Shown: positions 27,617-37,012 of the stretch, one piece after another
Layout: the number at the start of each line of letters is the position of its first letter
Position numbering within the stretch: the first letter of the stretch is position 1
Assembly (NCBI GenBank): GCA_017456495.1
Contig: JAFTJI010000028.1
Span: 1-58,596 of the forward strand
DNA length: 58,596 nt
Origin: Lentisphaeria bacterium
GTDB lineage: Bacteria > Verrucomicrobiota > Lentisphaeria > Victivallales > UBA1829
Reading direction: 5' to 3'
Program-made: the position numbers and the translations under genes
The notes under the pieces: model-generated
What the model saw: the letters and a program-made list of their open reading frames with translations, nothing else
Databases searched by the model: none
Told to the model about the DNA's origin: nothing

Positions 27617-29358
27617 ACAGACCGCCGCAACAGATATTCCCCCCTGCTTCCGACCGGAAGGCATGGACAGAAGCAGCCCGAAAGCCCCTTAACAAAGGAC
27701 TGAAAAAAGATATTATGAAAAGAGCCGGGGAGCTTCTGAAAGAACCGATCCCCGATTTTACGGCTTCTCTTTTCATGAATTTCGTCCGGAACGGAAACCG
27801 GAATAAGCTGGAAACGCCTTACTTTCTGCGCAGACAGAATCTCGGGATCCTTGCCGTGGCAGAGTGCTTTGAACATAAAGGAAAATATCTCGACAGAGTC
27901 ATAGACTATATCTGGGAGATCACTTCCGAACATACTTGGTGCGTTCCGGCTCACTGCCGGCTGCAGGATGATCCGTTCCCGGAATTTCCTGTTGAAATTG
28001 TTGACCTGTTCAATGCTGAAACCGCCGCCGTGCTTGCGCTGACGATGAATCTTCTGGAAGAAGAGATCAAAGCGGTCTCTCCTAACTTCATAAAGATGAT
28101 CAAAGAAAAAATCGTCAGCCGCATTGCTGTTCCGTTGGAAAACGGACCGGATCCGTTCTGGTACGAGGGAATCAACAACTGGACCCCCTGGTGCTGCACA
28201 AACTCACTCTGTGCGGTCATCTGGGCGTTACGCGATGAACCGGAACGGCAGGAACGGCTGATCCGGAAACTTTATACGGCAATCAAAAACTTTATACGAC
28301 ACTATCCGGAAGATGGTTTCTGTTTTGAAGGACCGTCGTACTGGGCAGTTTCCCCCGGAAAAATGCTCGGCTTTTTCGAGCTGATGGGGGAATGGGACGA
28401 TGATCCGAAAGTCAAAAAGATGGCGGAATATATTGCAGATACCCGCATGACTTCTGTCAACAGCATGAATTTCGGAGACAATATATCCACCGCAAAATTT
28501 CCAGCCTGGATCATTTACCGTTTCGGGGAAAGAGTCAACAGCCAGCCCTTGAAAAATATGGCTCTTGAGTGCGTGAAAAAACTGGTTTTCCAGGATATTA
28601 CCCGTGAACTTTTCAATATGCTCGGATATCTTTTCTGGCTGCCGGGAAAGACCGGAAAAGTAAAATTTACAGGAAAACCGTTATCTTTTTATGATAAAAT
28701 GCAGGTTTTTGTGATGCGGCAGAATGATATGACTCTTGCGGTAAAACGCGGTCATGCCTGGAGCCATCATCATCTTGATATCGGGCATTTTATGTTGTTT
28801 TTCAAGGATAAACCAATAATCATTGATCTTGGCAAGCCGGAATATACGCGGGATACTTTTAACGAAAACCGTTTCAAGAATGATATCATGAACAACAGAG
28901 GACATAATATCCCGTTATTCAATGACGTTGGACAGCTTGAACTTGCCCCCCCGGCTCCCGATGCAATGAGTTATCAGGAGGGAAAAGATTTTATCAGCTG
29001 TAAAATGGATTTAACGACAGCGTATTGTCCGGAAGCAAAACTGAAATCCTTCGTCCGGGAACTTGTCTACAACCGGAAAACAAAAGTTCTGGATCTGCTG
29101 GACCGCTGGGATTCAGATGAGGAAAAGAACGATATTTATGCAAATTTCTTCACGCCTGCGAAAGTTGTGCAGCGTGACGGAAAATTATTCATCGGAGAAG
29201 CAGAAGTAACTGTCGAAGGCGGCAGTATCTCTGTAGAAAAAATCAAGGTTACAGATGTAAACCAGCGTCTTGCATGGGGAAACTCTCTTAACAGGATCCG
29301 GATCAAAACACAAACAGGAAAACAGGGAAATTGGCGGGTGTCATTTCTCTTGAAGTAA
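27613..29358 (+). CDS. Heparinase II/III-like polysaccharide lyase family protein
   Basis: The (alpha/alpha) toroid-like N-half and the WSHHHLDIGHFMLF block are typical of the heparinase II/III C-terminal domain. The TTG start overlaps the upstream TGA, so the start is uncertain. Confidence 0.65.
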   Translation: MNRPPQQIFPPASDRKAWTEAARKPLNKGLKKDIMKRAGELLKEPIPDFTASLFMNFVRNGNRNKLETPYFLRRQNLGILAVAECFEHKGKYLDRVIDYIWEITSEHTWCVPAHCRLQDDPFPEFPVEIVDLFNAETAAVLALTMNLLEEEIKAVSPNFIKMIKEKIVSRIAVPLENGPDPFWYEGINNWTPWCCTNSLCAVIWALRDEPERQERLIRKLYTAIKNFIRHYPEDGFCFEGPSYWAVSPGKMLGFFELMGEWDDDPKVKKMAEYIADTRMTSVNSMNFGDNISTAKFPAWIIYRFGERVNSQPLKNMALECVKKLVFQDITRELFNMLGYLFWLPGKTGKVKFTGKPLSFYDKMQVFVMRQNDMTLAVKRGHAWSHHHLDIGHFMLFFKDKPIIIDLGKPEYTRDTFNENRFKNDIMNNRGHNIPLFNDVGQLELAPPAPDAMSYQEGKDFISCKMDLTTAYCPEAKLKSFVRELVYNRKTKVLDLLDRWDSDEEKNDIYANFFTPAKVVQRDGKLFIGEAEVTVEGGSISVEKIKVTDVNQRLAWGNSLNRIRIKTQTGKQGNWRVSFLLK

Positions 29359-29396
29359 GGTAGTTTTATAACAAAATATAACAGAAAGGATTACTT

Positions 29397-30083
29397 ATGA
29401 AAAGTAACGCAGCAGTTCGGAAGAAACAGTTCACCCTGATAGAACTTCTTGTTGTAATCGCTATCATCGCGATTCTGGCAGGAATGCTTCTGCCCGCATT
29501 GAATCAGGCAAGAGAAAAAGCACGCGGCACCACTTGCGTCGGAAACCTGAAACAGCTTGCTCTGATCAAACACATGTATGCAGACTCCAATAATGGTTTT
29601 CTGCCCGGTCCCAATAACCAAGGTGCGGCCCCTTATTCCACATGGCTTTCAGTTCTCTATAACACAAAATATATTACCAGCCGGAACAACAAGCCGGAAT
29701 ATGTGCACTATAACGATGCCGGTGTGAACAAAATGCTGGATTGTCCGTCAACGACCACTTCCGATCCGGGCTGGAGATATGATCAAAACGTTACTTCCTC
29801 TGACTATTCCATCAACTGGTACGGCAGCAATAACAACGGAACCAACTCCGGAGCCCATTGTCTGAAAAAAGTGATCAATCCTTCAAACTGGCTGATGACT
29901 ATGGATGCCAAAGGAACAAACGCATCCGGAACAAAAACACCTAACGTGATCTCCGGCATTGATCAGATCTCCTCCATCCGCCACAATCAGAAATTCAACT
30001 CTGCAATGGGCGATGCCAGTGTCAGAACATTCCAGTATTCTATGATGAAAAACAGTTACCTGCAGTACTACTGGGGTAAATAA
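29397..30083 (+). CDS. Prepilin-type pseudopilin, H-X9-D(A) variant
   Basis: [24 protein letters not shown] signal. The C-terminal [15 protein letters not shown] places His and Asp at H-X9-D spacing, but with Ala instead of Gly. Confidence 0.85.
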   Translation: MKSNAAVRKKQFTLIELLVVIAIIAILAGMLLPALNQAREKARGTTCVGNLKQLALIKHMYADSNNGFLPGPNNQGAAPYSTWLSVLYNTKYITSRNNKPEYVHYNDAGVNKMLDCPSTTTSDPGWRYDQNVTSSDYSINWYGSNNNGTNSGAHCLKKVINPSNWLMTMDAKGTNASGTKTPNVISGIDQISSIRHNQKFNSAMGDASVRTFQYSMMKNSYLQYYWGK

Positions 30084-30097
30084 AACGGGGAGCTGAA

Positions 30098-32431
30098 ATG
30101 AGAAAAGTACTTTCTACTCTCCTGCTTTTTACCTTTGCGCTTGCGGTGATGGCAGATATCACCATCGCAGAAAAAGGCAAAAGCAATTATGTTATCATGA
30201 TACCGGACAACTGTCCCGGTCATATTCAAAAATCTGTCTATGATATGCAGGATATTCTGCACCGGATCACGGGAGTCAAACTTCCGGTCAAAAAAGAAAG
30301 TGCAGTTGCCGCCGGAGTACCGAAGCTCTCTGTCGGAAACACAAACTTTGCAAAGCAGCACGTCCGTTTTGCAAAGGGAGCCAATGCAGAAGAGATGGCA
30401 GTCAAGACAGTCGGAAAAGATATTGTCATCAACGGAAACTCCATTGTCGGGACCTGTTTTGCCATTTATGATTTTCTGGAAAATCAGTGCGGCTGCCGCT
30501 GGTATGACAAGTTCAATGTAAAAATCCCCAAAAAAGCGAAGCTGGTGATCAAAGATGTGAACATGCAGCGTGCGCCGTCATTCATTTTCCGGCGTATTTT
30601 CACGCAGGCTCGCAACTGGTCCTCCGGGGATCCTCTTGGCTCCCTCCGCAGCAAAGCGACCTATAACTCCATTCCCAACCCCGTCATGGGGCGTCCGACA
30701 GATATCCATTCCATGTACTTTTATACAAGGGATTGGCCCAAGGATAAACTTTATCTTCTTTCCAAAAATCCGGATGGAAGACGGAATGCGCAGAAAGGAC
30801 AGCTTGGACCGAACACCTGCGTGACCCATCCGGAAGCGGTTGCTCTCTTCAAAAAGAAACTCCGCTATTTCATCAGCCGCGACCGTGCTGACAGCAAGAA
30901 ATACGGTTATGTTGCGCCGATCCTTTACAATATCAGTATCAACGACTGTTCCAGCTATTTCTGTTACTGCGACAGCTGTCAGGCTGTTGTGAAAAAGCAC
31001 GGGGAATCCGGACTTCTGCTCCACTTCATCAACATGCTTGCAAAGGATATTGCGAAAGATTATCCGGATGTGATCATTCACACCTGTGCCTATGCTTTTA
31101 CCGCGCCGCCGCCGAAAACGGATATCAAAGCCGCGCCCAATGTGGCAGTTGAACTTGCCCATAATATCGGGAACTATTATTCAGCGATCGAAGAGGATAC
31201 CAATCCCGCATTTGCAAATCAGGTCAAAAACTGGGGTGCAAGAACCGGAATGCTCGGGATCTGGGATTACTGGGTTTTCTATTGGGATACCTACCCGGCG
31301 CCGTACCACAATGTTCATCAGATCAAAAAAGATTTGATGTTCTACTACAAAAATGGTGTCCGCACGCTGAGAATTGAATCTGAAGCAGCAGATACAGCAA
31401 ACTTCTTCAGTCTCAAATACTGGCTGGGCTACAAACTCATGGATGATATCACGCAGGATGATAAAGCGTTGATCAATGAATTTATGAACGACTATTACGG
31501 TCCGGCAGCTCCGGAAATGAAAGAGTTCATGGATTATCTCGCCCTGCGCCAGAAAGGACAGTACAAAGAAGTTTTCAAAAGCAAGTTTGAAAAAGATCCG
31601 CGCCCCTGGCTCGACAAAGCTTTTTATGACAAAGTTCAGGCTCTGTTTGACCGTGCAGAAGCAAAATGCAAGCCCGGATCTATTTATCTTATCAACGTTC
31701 GCAGAGAACGGATCCCTGTGGATGTCAGTTTGCTCAACCGTTATGACCTGATCAAACCTGCCATTTCCCGGAAAGCTCTTGCAGAACGTTACCGCTCCTA
31801 TGCGATCGCCCACATCAAACGGAACAAAAAGCCCTCTTCTCATGATGCAGAGATCCTTCTCATCAACAATGAAGTGGAAAAATATATCCGCGCCGATGAG
31901 ATCAATGCCATGAAAAAGGCAAAGAAACCGTCCTGGACGATCACCGGAAACTGGAGCAAAAAGGTCATCAAGTATGAAACGACCGGTATTCCAACAAAAC
32001 GTGATCTGACGATTGAGGCAAAACACCTGAACGGGATCCTTTATCTGCGTTTGACGGAAAATATTGATACCAGAAAGATCAAAACCGGAAAACAGACCTT
32101 TATGGGCGATGACTGGGAAATTTTCCTGTCATCTGACCGCAAAGGGAACTATGTTCAATTTCTGGTTGACCCCTCCGGCAGATGCGATATGACCATGATG
32201 AAAAATAAGAAAATCGGTTATATCAACGTCAAAGGTGTCACTGTCAAATCAAAAGTGGAACCCCAAAAATGGATTCTTGAAGTGGCGATCCCTCTTAAGA
32301 ATCTGCCGATCAAAAATATCCGCTACGGCAATATCATCCGCGGCATACAGAATGCCGGATGTGCCTGGAGCCCCACATTTACGTTAACCTACGGACACAC
32401 TGAAGCTTTCGGTGAATTAATCTTTCAATAA
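30098..32431 (+). CDS. Secreted DUF4838/GH20-like glycoside-hydrolase-like protein with C-terminal CBM9-like domain
   Basis: Signal peptide. CYCDSCQ motif region and overall layout resemble DUF4838. The C-terminal GDDWEIFL...WILEVAIPLKNL pattern is CBM9-like. Confidence 0.5.
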   Translation: MRKVLSTLLLFTFALAVMADITIAEKGKSNYVIMIPDNCPGHIQKSVYDMQDILHRITGVKLPVKKESAVAAGVPKLSVGNTNFAKQHVRFAKGANAEEMAVKTVGKDIVINGNSIVGTCFAIYDFLENQCGCRWYDKFNVKIPKKAKLVIKDVNMQRAPSFIFRRIFTQARNWSSGDPLGSLRSKATYNSIPNPVMGRPTDIHSMYFYTRDWPKDKLYLLSKNPDGRRNAQKGQLGPNTCVTHPEAVALFKKKLRYFISRDRADSKKYGYVAPILYNISINDCSSYFCYCDSCQAVVKKHGESGLLLHFINMLAKDIAKDYPDVIIHTCAYAFTAPPPKTDIKAAPNVAVELAHNIGNYYSAIEEDTNPAFANQVKNWGARTGMLGIWDYWVFYWDTYPAPYHNVHQIKKDLMFYYKNGVRTLRIESEAADTANFFSLKYWLGYKLMDDITQDDKALINEFMNDYYGPAAPEMKEFMDYLALRQKGQYKEVFKSKFEKDPRPWLDKAFYDKVQALFDRAEAKCKPGSIYLINVRRERIPVDVSLLNRYDLIKPAISRKALAERYRSYAIAHIKRNKKPSSHDAEILLINNEVEKYIRADEINAMKKAKKPSWTITGNWSKKVIKYETTGIPTKRDLTIEAKHLNGILYLRLTENIDTRKIKTGKQTFMGDDWEIFLSSDRKGNYVQFLVDPSGRCDMTMMKNKKIGYINVKGVTVKSKVEPQKWILEVAIPLKNLPIKNIRYGNIIRGIQNAGCAWSPTFTLTYGHTEAFGELIFQ

Positions 32432-32446
32432 GCAAGGAGAAAGAAA

Positions 32447-33334
32447 ATGAGTGTTATTTTACCTGCGCTGGTTGCGCTTGCCATCGGGCAGTCTCACCTC
32501 GTAAAAATTGATGACCGGACAGAAGCCAGGATCACAGTTCAAAAAGAATCTGTAAAAATCAACTGGGTCTGCAATGAATCCAATATGGCTCATGTCAAAA
32601 GTTATTACCACAAAAAGAACCGCTGGAATCTCTTTATCGGAGAAAATGTTGACTTGTGGTTTACTCCCCACTCCTACAAATCCCACAAAGTGGTTTATCC
32701 CCCGAATTACCGGGTCATGTCCAACCCATCCGGAAACTTCTTCAGTGCATTCCTCGGAGTACCCCGTCCCTGCAAAGATTTCCGTCATGAGGTGAAGCTG
32801 AATGATAAAAGCTGGACCGTTGAATGGGAAATCCCTTATGCCGCACTGGAATCCGGGACGTTCAACAAACCAGCCGTTTCCAAAACATATTCGCCTAATG
32901 TGTATTGGGCATTTCAATTCAACCGCCGCAGCGAATCCGGCGGAAAGAAAACCTATGTAAAATCTCCGGCTTTCGTCATTGAACTTCCCAAGGATCTTAT
33001 TGCGCCCTACCAGCAGATCATGCTGTACAATTTCACCGCAAAGAACGGAAAAGCGGCAGGAGAGACTGTTGTTGATTTCAAACTGAACAACCGGTTCAAG
33101 AGTGCTTTTAACGGAAAATTGAAAATCGTTCTTCTGGAAGGCAGCGCGGAAACCGTTCTCAAAGAACAGGCAGTAACGATCCCGGCACAAGGCAATATGG
33201 CAATTTCCCATACGGCAAAATTACCGGAAAAAGCTGTTAAATTCGGTATTAAAGTTTATGTATATGATGCCAAAGGACTTCTGGTTCGGGTCTCTTATGA
33301 TCTGCCGGTCAAAAATCCCTGGGTTGCATTCTGA
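32447..33334 (+). CDS. Hypothetical protein, CBM9/DOMON-like N-terminal domain
   Basis: GENVDLWFTP ... WTVEWEIPYAAL ... WAFQFNRR resembles CBM9 signatures. AAGGAG RBS. Confidence 0.4.
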   Translation: MSVILPALVALAIGQSHLVKIDDRTEARITVQKESVKINWVCNESNMAHVKSYYHKKNRWNLFIGENVDLWFTPHSYKSHKVVYPPNYRVMSNPSGNFFSAFLGVPRPCKDFRHEVKLNDKSWTVEWEIPYAALESGTFNKPAVSKTYSPNVYWAFQFNRRSESGGKKTYVKSPAFVIELPKDLIAPYQQIMLYNFTAKNGKAAGETVVDFKLNNRFKSAFNGKLKIVLLEGSAETVLKEQAVTIPAQGNMAISHTAKLPEKAVKFGIKVYVYDAKGLLVRVSYDLPVKNPWVAF

Positions 33335-33348
33335 GTTGAGGTAAGAAC

Positions 33349-35145
33349 ATGGCAAAATGGATGTCTCCGGCAAACGCTCCGGAATCAACGTATATTACAG
33401 TTTACAGAAACTGTTTCTCTGTTCAGAGCGAACAGAATCTTGAATTTGAGTTCAGTGCGGATAACCGCGCACAGCTTTATCTGGATGGACAGCTGCTGAT
33501 CAACGGTCCGGAACGCGGAGCCGCTGAATACTGGTATCTGCAGAGAGTAAAAACTCAGGTTCCTGCCGGGGATCACGTTTTGACTGCCCGCGTGATCAGC
33601 GTTCGTCCGGCAGATGTGAAGCTCCGGGAATATGCTTATGCTCAAATGAGCATCAGACCCGGTTTTTACATCAACGAAAAGACCTCCCTGCTGAACGGAT
33701 GGGAATATCAGCTTGAAAAGATCCATGCGTTTGTAAAACCTTTCCCGGATTGGGGAACATTCCCCCGGGTCCACCTGAAACCGGATCATAACTCCGGTAT
33801 TCTCTCCGGCATCGGCGGAGAATGGGAACCGGTTGCATATTTTGAGGATGAACGGGTTCTGCATGAACCGGATCTTCCGCTTATGCGGCACGAAAAAATC
33901 GAACCTGACCAGATTGCCCCCGGACTTTATTACTTCAAACAGTACGTTTGTGTCTGGACTGATTACAAATTCAAAGGAAAAGGAACCGTCCGTATCCGCT
34001 GGAGCGAAACTCCTTATCTGACCGATGAGTTTGATTCTCTTCATCTCAAAGGAAAGAAAGGAAACCGTGACGGTAAATTCTTTGTCGGGACACCTGATGT
34101 TTTTGAAGTCGACGGGGAAACGGTCTGGCAGGATTTCTGGTGGAAAGCCGGACATTATCTGGAAATTTCAGTCGAAGGCGATGTCTCTTATGAGGCAAAT
34201 TTCTATCTGACCGGATATCCTTACAAGGAGTTCAAACCGCGTTCCGAGCTGGAAAAAATGGCATTTGAAACCTTGCAGGCATGTTCGTTCGAAACGTATA
34301 TGGATTGTCCATATTATGAACAGCTTCAATATCTCGGAGATTCCAGACTGGAAGCATTATGCACCTATCTGATCACCGATGACCACCGTCTGATCCGGAA
34401 AGCTCTCCGGATGTTCTCACTTTCCCAGAGACCGGATGGCTCCCTGAACGCACAATATCCGTCATGCAGCATACAGACGATTCCCTCTTTCATGCTGGTT
34501 TGGCTGCTGATGCTGCAGGATTATCACAAACATCACGGCAATGATGATCTGGTGATGGAGTTGAGACCAAGAGCTGAAAAGCTTCTGAAATTTCTCTTTT
34601 CCAATATCAAAGATGATCTGATCCGGGTTCCCGGCTGGAACTTCTTTGACTGGTGCGACTGCTGGGAGAGCGGAGTTCCCCCGGGAGGTGAACTCAACAG
34701 TGCCATGAATTTCATGTTTGTTCTGGCAATGCAAAGTGCTGCAGATATGGGATTCGGTGAAAATCTGCGGGAACAGGCTGCACGTACAGCGGCAAAGATC
34801 AGAGAAACATTTTACGATGAAGAACGGAACCTTTACGCGCTCGATATTGAAAAGAAGCATTTCTCTGAACATTCGCAAGTTCTTGCCCTGCTGACGGTTG
34901 GAGATAAATCTGTCATTCCCGGATTGAGAACAGTCGAACTCACGCCCTGCAGCATTTACTTCTCCTATTATTATCTTGAAGCCTGTCTGAAATATGAACT
35001 CAACGATCTGCGGGAAAAACGGCTTGACCGCTGGCGCGCGCTCTGTTCGGAAGGGTTGACAACGTTCCCGGAAGAGTTTGACAATCCCCGTTCAGACTGC
35101 CACGCATGGAGTTCTCATATTCTCGGGATCCTGCTGAAAATGTAA
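33349..35145 (+). CDS. GH78-like alpha-L-rhamnosidase family protein
   Basis: N-terminal beta-sandwich (FEFSADNRAQLYLDGQLLINGP), catalytic-domain hallmark MDCPYYEQLQYLGDSRL, and a six-hairpin C-half. Confidence 0.6.
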   Translation: MAKWMSPANAPESTYITVYRNCFSVQSEQNLEFEFSADNRAQLYLDGQLLINGPERGAAEYWYLQRVKTQVPAGDHVLTARVISVRPADVKLREYAYAQMSIRPGFYINEKTSLLNGWEYQLEKIHAFVKPFPDWGTFPRVHLKPDHNSGILSGIGGEWEPVAYFEDERVLHEPDLPLMRHEKIEPDQIAPGLYYFKQYVCVWTDYKFKGKGTVRIRWSETPYLTDEFDSLHLKGKKGNRDGKFFVGTPDVFEVDGETVWQDFWWKAGHYLEISVEGDVSYEANFYLTGYPYKEFKPRSELEKMAFETLQACSFETYMDCPYYEQLQYLGDSRLEALCTYLITDDHRLIRKALRMFSLSQRPDGSLNAQYPSCSIQTIPSFMLVWLLMLQDYHKHHGNDDLVMELRPRAEKLLKFLFSNIKDDLIRVPGWNFFDWCDCWESGVPPGGELNSAMNFMFVLAMQSAADMGFGENLREQAARTAAKIRETFYDEERNLYALDIEKKHFSEHSQVLALLTVGDKSVIPGLRTVELTPCSIYFSYYYLEACLKYELNDLREKRLDRWRALCSEGLTTFPEEFDNPRSDCHAWSSHILGILLKM

Positions 35146-35195
35146 ATTTTTCAGCAGGCTGCATGCAGGGGTATGTTATGCAGCAACCGGAAAAT

Positions 35196-35231
35196 CCGCG
35201 GAACAGAAAGCGATTCTTTTCTGTTCCGCGG
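35196..35231. terminator. Long perfect hairpin between convergent genes (terminator candidate)
   Basis: CCGCGGAACAGAAA / TTTCTGTTCCGCGG, 14-bp stem. On the minus strand it is followed by ATTTTCC. The U-tract is weak in both directions. Confidence 0.5.
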
Positions 35232-35256
35232 GAGTCTGATAAAAATCTTTTGTCCG

Positions 35257-36645
35257 TTACAGTTCAATATCCGGCAAAGTCCGGAGAGATTTTCTGATAT
35301 CATCCTCTGCAAGAGAAGATTCATTCATCTTTCCATCATTGAACTTGCCATACGCCAGCATATCAAAATATCCTGTTCCGGTCAAGCCGAAAACGATCGT
35401 CTCAGCCCGGTTTTCCCGTTTGCAGCGCAACGCTTCCTGAATTGCTGCATAGATCGCATGACTGCTTTCGGGAGCAGGCAGGATCCCCTCGACCCGGGCG
35501 AATTCTGTTGCCGCCTTAAACACCTCTGCCTGAGGAACAGCAACAGCTTCAAGAAGTTTGTCGTGATACAACTGCGATATGATGGAGTTCATACCGTGGT
35601 AGCGCAGTCCGCCGCTGTGAACAGGCGACGGCATAAATCCGCTGCCCAGCGTGTACATTTTAGCCAATGGACAGATTTTTCCGGTATCGCAGTAATCATA
35701 CACGAACTTTCCACGGGTCAAGCTGGGACATGCTTCCGGTTCAACAGCAATCAAACGGTAATTCTGTTCTCCACGCAGCATTTCACCTGCAAAGGGAGCA
35801 ATCAGACCGCCCAGATTTGAACCGCCCCCGGCACAGCCGATGATCACATCCGGCTTGATACCATACATTCCCAACGCAGTTTTCGTCTCAAGACCAATCA
35901 CACTCTGATGCAGCAGAACCTGATTCAATACCGACCCGAGAACATAACGGAAGCCATCCATCTTCAACGCAGCCTCCACAGCCTCGGAAACAGCACATCC
36001 CAAACTGCCGGATGTTTCCGGATACTCTGCCAGAATCTTTTTTCCGACTTCCGTGGTCATTGACGGCGATGGGATCACGTTCGCACCGTAAGTCCGCATA
36101 ACTTCCCGGCGGAATGGTTTCTGTTCGTAAGAACACTTGACCATGAACACGCGGCATTCCAAACCGTAAAAAGCACAAGCCATTGAGAGAGCAGTTCCCC
36201 ATTGACCAGCCCCGGTTTCCGTGGTCACGCCCTTCAGCCCCTGCTTTTTTGCGTAATATGCCTGTGCAATCGCGGAGTTGAGCTTGTGGCTCCCGGATGT
36301 GTTATTTCCCTCAAATTTATAAAAGATTTTTGCAGGAGTTTCCAGCATTTTTTCCAGAAACTCAGCATGGATCAGCGGAGCAGGACGGTACATCCGGTAA
36401 AAATTACGGACATCTTCCGGGATCGGAATCAAACGGTTCGTTTCGTCCATTTCCTGTGCTGCGGCTTCCGCGCAGAACACCCTTGACAAAGCACTTACTG
36501 TTACCGGCTCCATTGTGACAGGATCCAGAAGAGGTGCAATTTTTCCCGGCATATCAGCCCGCATATTATACCAATGCCGGGGAAGTTCCTTCTCTGCGAG
36601 AATGATCTTGTACGGAATTTCCCTGTTTTCTGTGTTGTTTTTCAT
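35257..36645 (-). CDS. trpB: TrpB-like PLP-dependent enzyme (tryptophan synthase beta chain, type 2)
   Basis: 462 aa, which is TrpB2 length. PLP lysine context GSHKLNSA, TETGAGQWGTALS and GCAGGGSNLGG blocks. GGAG RBS. No trpA or other trp genes in the window. Confidence 0.85.
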   Translation of the reverse strand: MKNNTENREIPYKIILAEKELPRHWYNMRADMPGKIAPLLDPVTMEPVTVSALSRVFCAEAAAQEMDETNRLIPIPEDVRNFYRMYRPAPLIHAEFLEKMLETPAKIFYKFEGNNTSGSHKLNSAIAQAYYAKKQGLKGVTTETGAGQWGTALSMACAFYGLECRVFMVKCSYEQKPFRREVMRTYGANVIPSPSMTTEVGKKILAEYPETSGSLGCAVSEAVEAALKMDGFRYVLGSVLNQVLLHQSVIGLETKTALGMYGIKPDVIIGCAGGGSNLGGLIAPFAGEMLRGEQNYRLIAVEPEACPSLTRGKFVYDYCDTGKICPLAKMYTLGSGFMPSPVHSGGLRYHGMNSIISQLYHDKLLEAVAVPQAEVFKAATEFARVEGILPAPESSHAIYAAIQEALRCKRENRAETIVFGLTGTGYFDMLAYGKFNDGKMNESSLAEDDIRKSLRTLPDIEL

Positions 36646-36660
36646 TTTGTCTCCTTATGT

Positions 36661-36700
36661 GAGGCAATTTCAAAAGTCTCCGGACTTTTGAAATTACCTC
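36661..36700. mobile_element. Mini copy of the MITE family (terminal inverted repeats only)
   Basis: GAGGCAATTTCAAAAGTC-tccg-GACTTTTGAAATTACCTC is the two 18-bp TIRs of the family joined by 4 nt. Flanks are ATGT/GTGT. It lies 15 nt upstream of the trpB2 ATG. Confidence 0.7.
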
Positions 36701-36705
36701 GTGTT

Positions 36706-36741
36706 AAAAAATAAACCCCGCTCGGCTCATTCCGGACGGGG
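36706..36741 (-). terminator. Second intrinsic terminator in the trpB2 leader
   Basis: Minus-strand RNA CCCCG(U)...CGGGG followed by UUUAUUUUUU. Confidence 0.65.
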
Positions 36742-36744
36742 TAA

Positions 36745-36778
36745 TAAAAAAGCGGATCAAACACCATGTTCAATCCGC
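36745..36778 (-). terminator. Attenuator terminator (segments 3:4) of the trp leader
   Basis: Minus-strand RNA GCGGAU-15 nt loop-AUCCGC followed by UUUUUU. The left arm can instead pair with UCCGCCG, which lies just after the leader stop codon. Confidence 0.65.
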
Positions 36779-36829
36779 CGATCTGACTGTTCTATTTATC
36801 TGTACAAAAACGAAGATGCCCCGGCGGAA

Positions 36830-36883
36830 TTACCACCGGCGCCACCAGCAAAAAGATAAAAAGTTATGAATTTCGTTTCTCAT
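36830..36883 (-). CDS. Tryptophan-rich leader peptide (17 aa: MRNEIHNFLSFCWWRRW)
   Basis: ATG AGA AAC GAA ATT CAT AAC TTT TTA TCT TTT TGC TGG TGG CGC CGG TGG TAA read on the minus strand. Three of the last five codons are Trp. It sits upstream of trpB2 and is followed by alternative hairpins. No SD is visible. Confidence 0.6.
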   Translation of the reverse strand: MRNEIHNFLSFCWWRRW

Positions 36884-36892
36884 AATAGTAAA

Positions 36893-36921
36893 AATATAAT
36901 ACTGCTGTTTTGATTTTTCAA
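36893..36921 (-). promoter_or_regulatory. Sigma70-like promoter candidate for the trp leader (TTGAAA-17-TATATT)
   Basis: On the minus strand, TTGAAA (36921-36916), 17-nt spacer, TATATT (36898-36893). The -10 box ends 9 nt before the leader ATG, which implies a leaderless or near-leaderless transcript. Confidence 0.45.
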
Positions 36922-37012
36922 GTCAGAAAAAAAAATTTTTTTTTGAGGTAATTTCAGCTGAAGGCTTTCCATGGTCATCAGTCATGCAAAACAGCATCGT
37001 TTTCTATCCCTT

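Noticed and set aside
36926-36945. An A9-T10 tract (GAAAAAAAAATTTTTTTTTTGAGG) upstream of the trp-leader promoter, as a possible hairpin or terminator.
   Set aside because: A pure A/T palindrome has negligible stem stability. It is more likely an UP-element-like AT tract or a slippage-prone spacer, and there is no evidence for a discrete feature.
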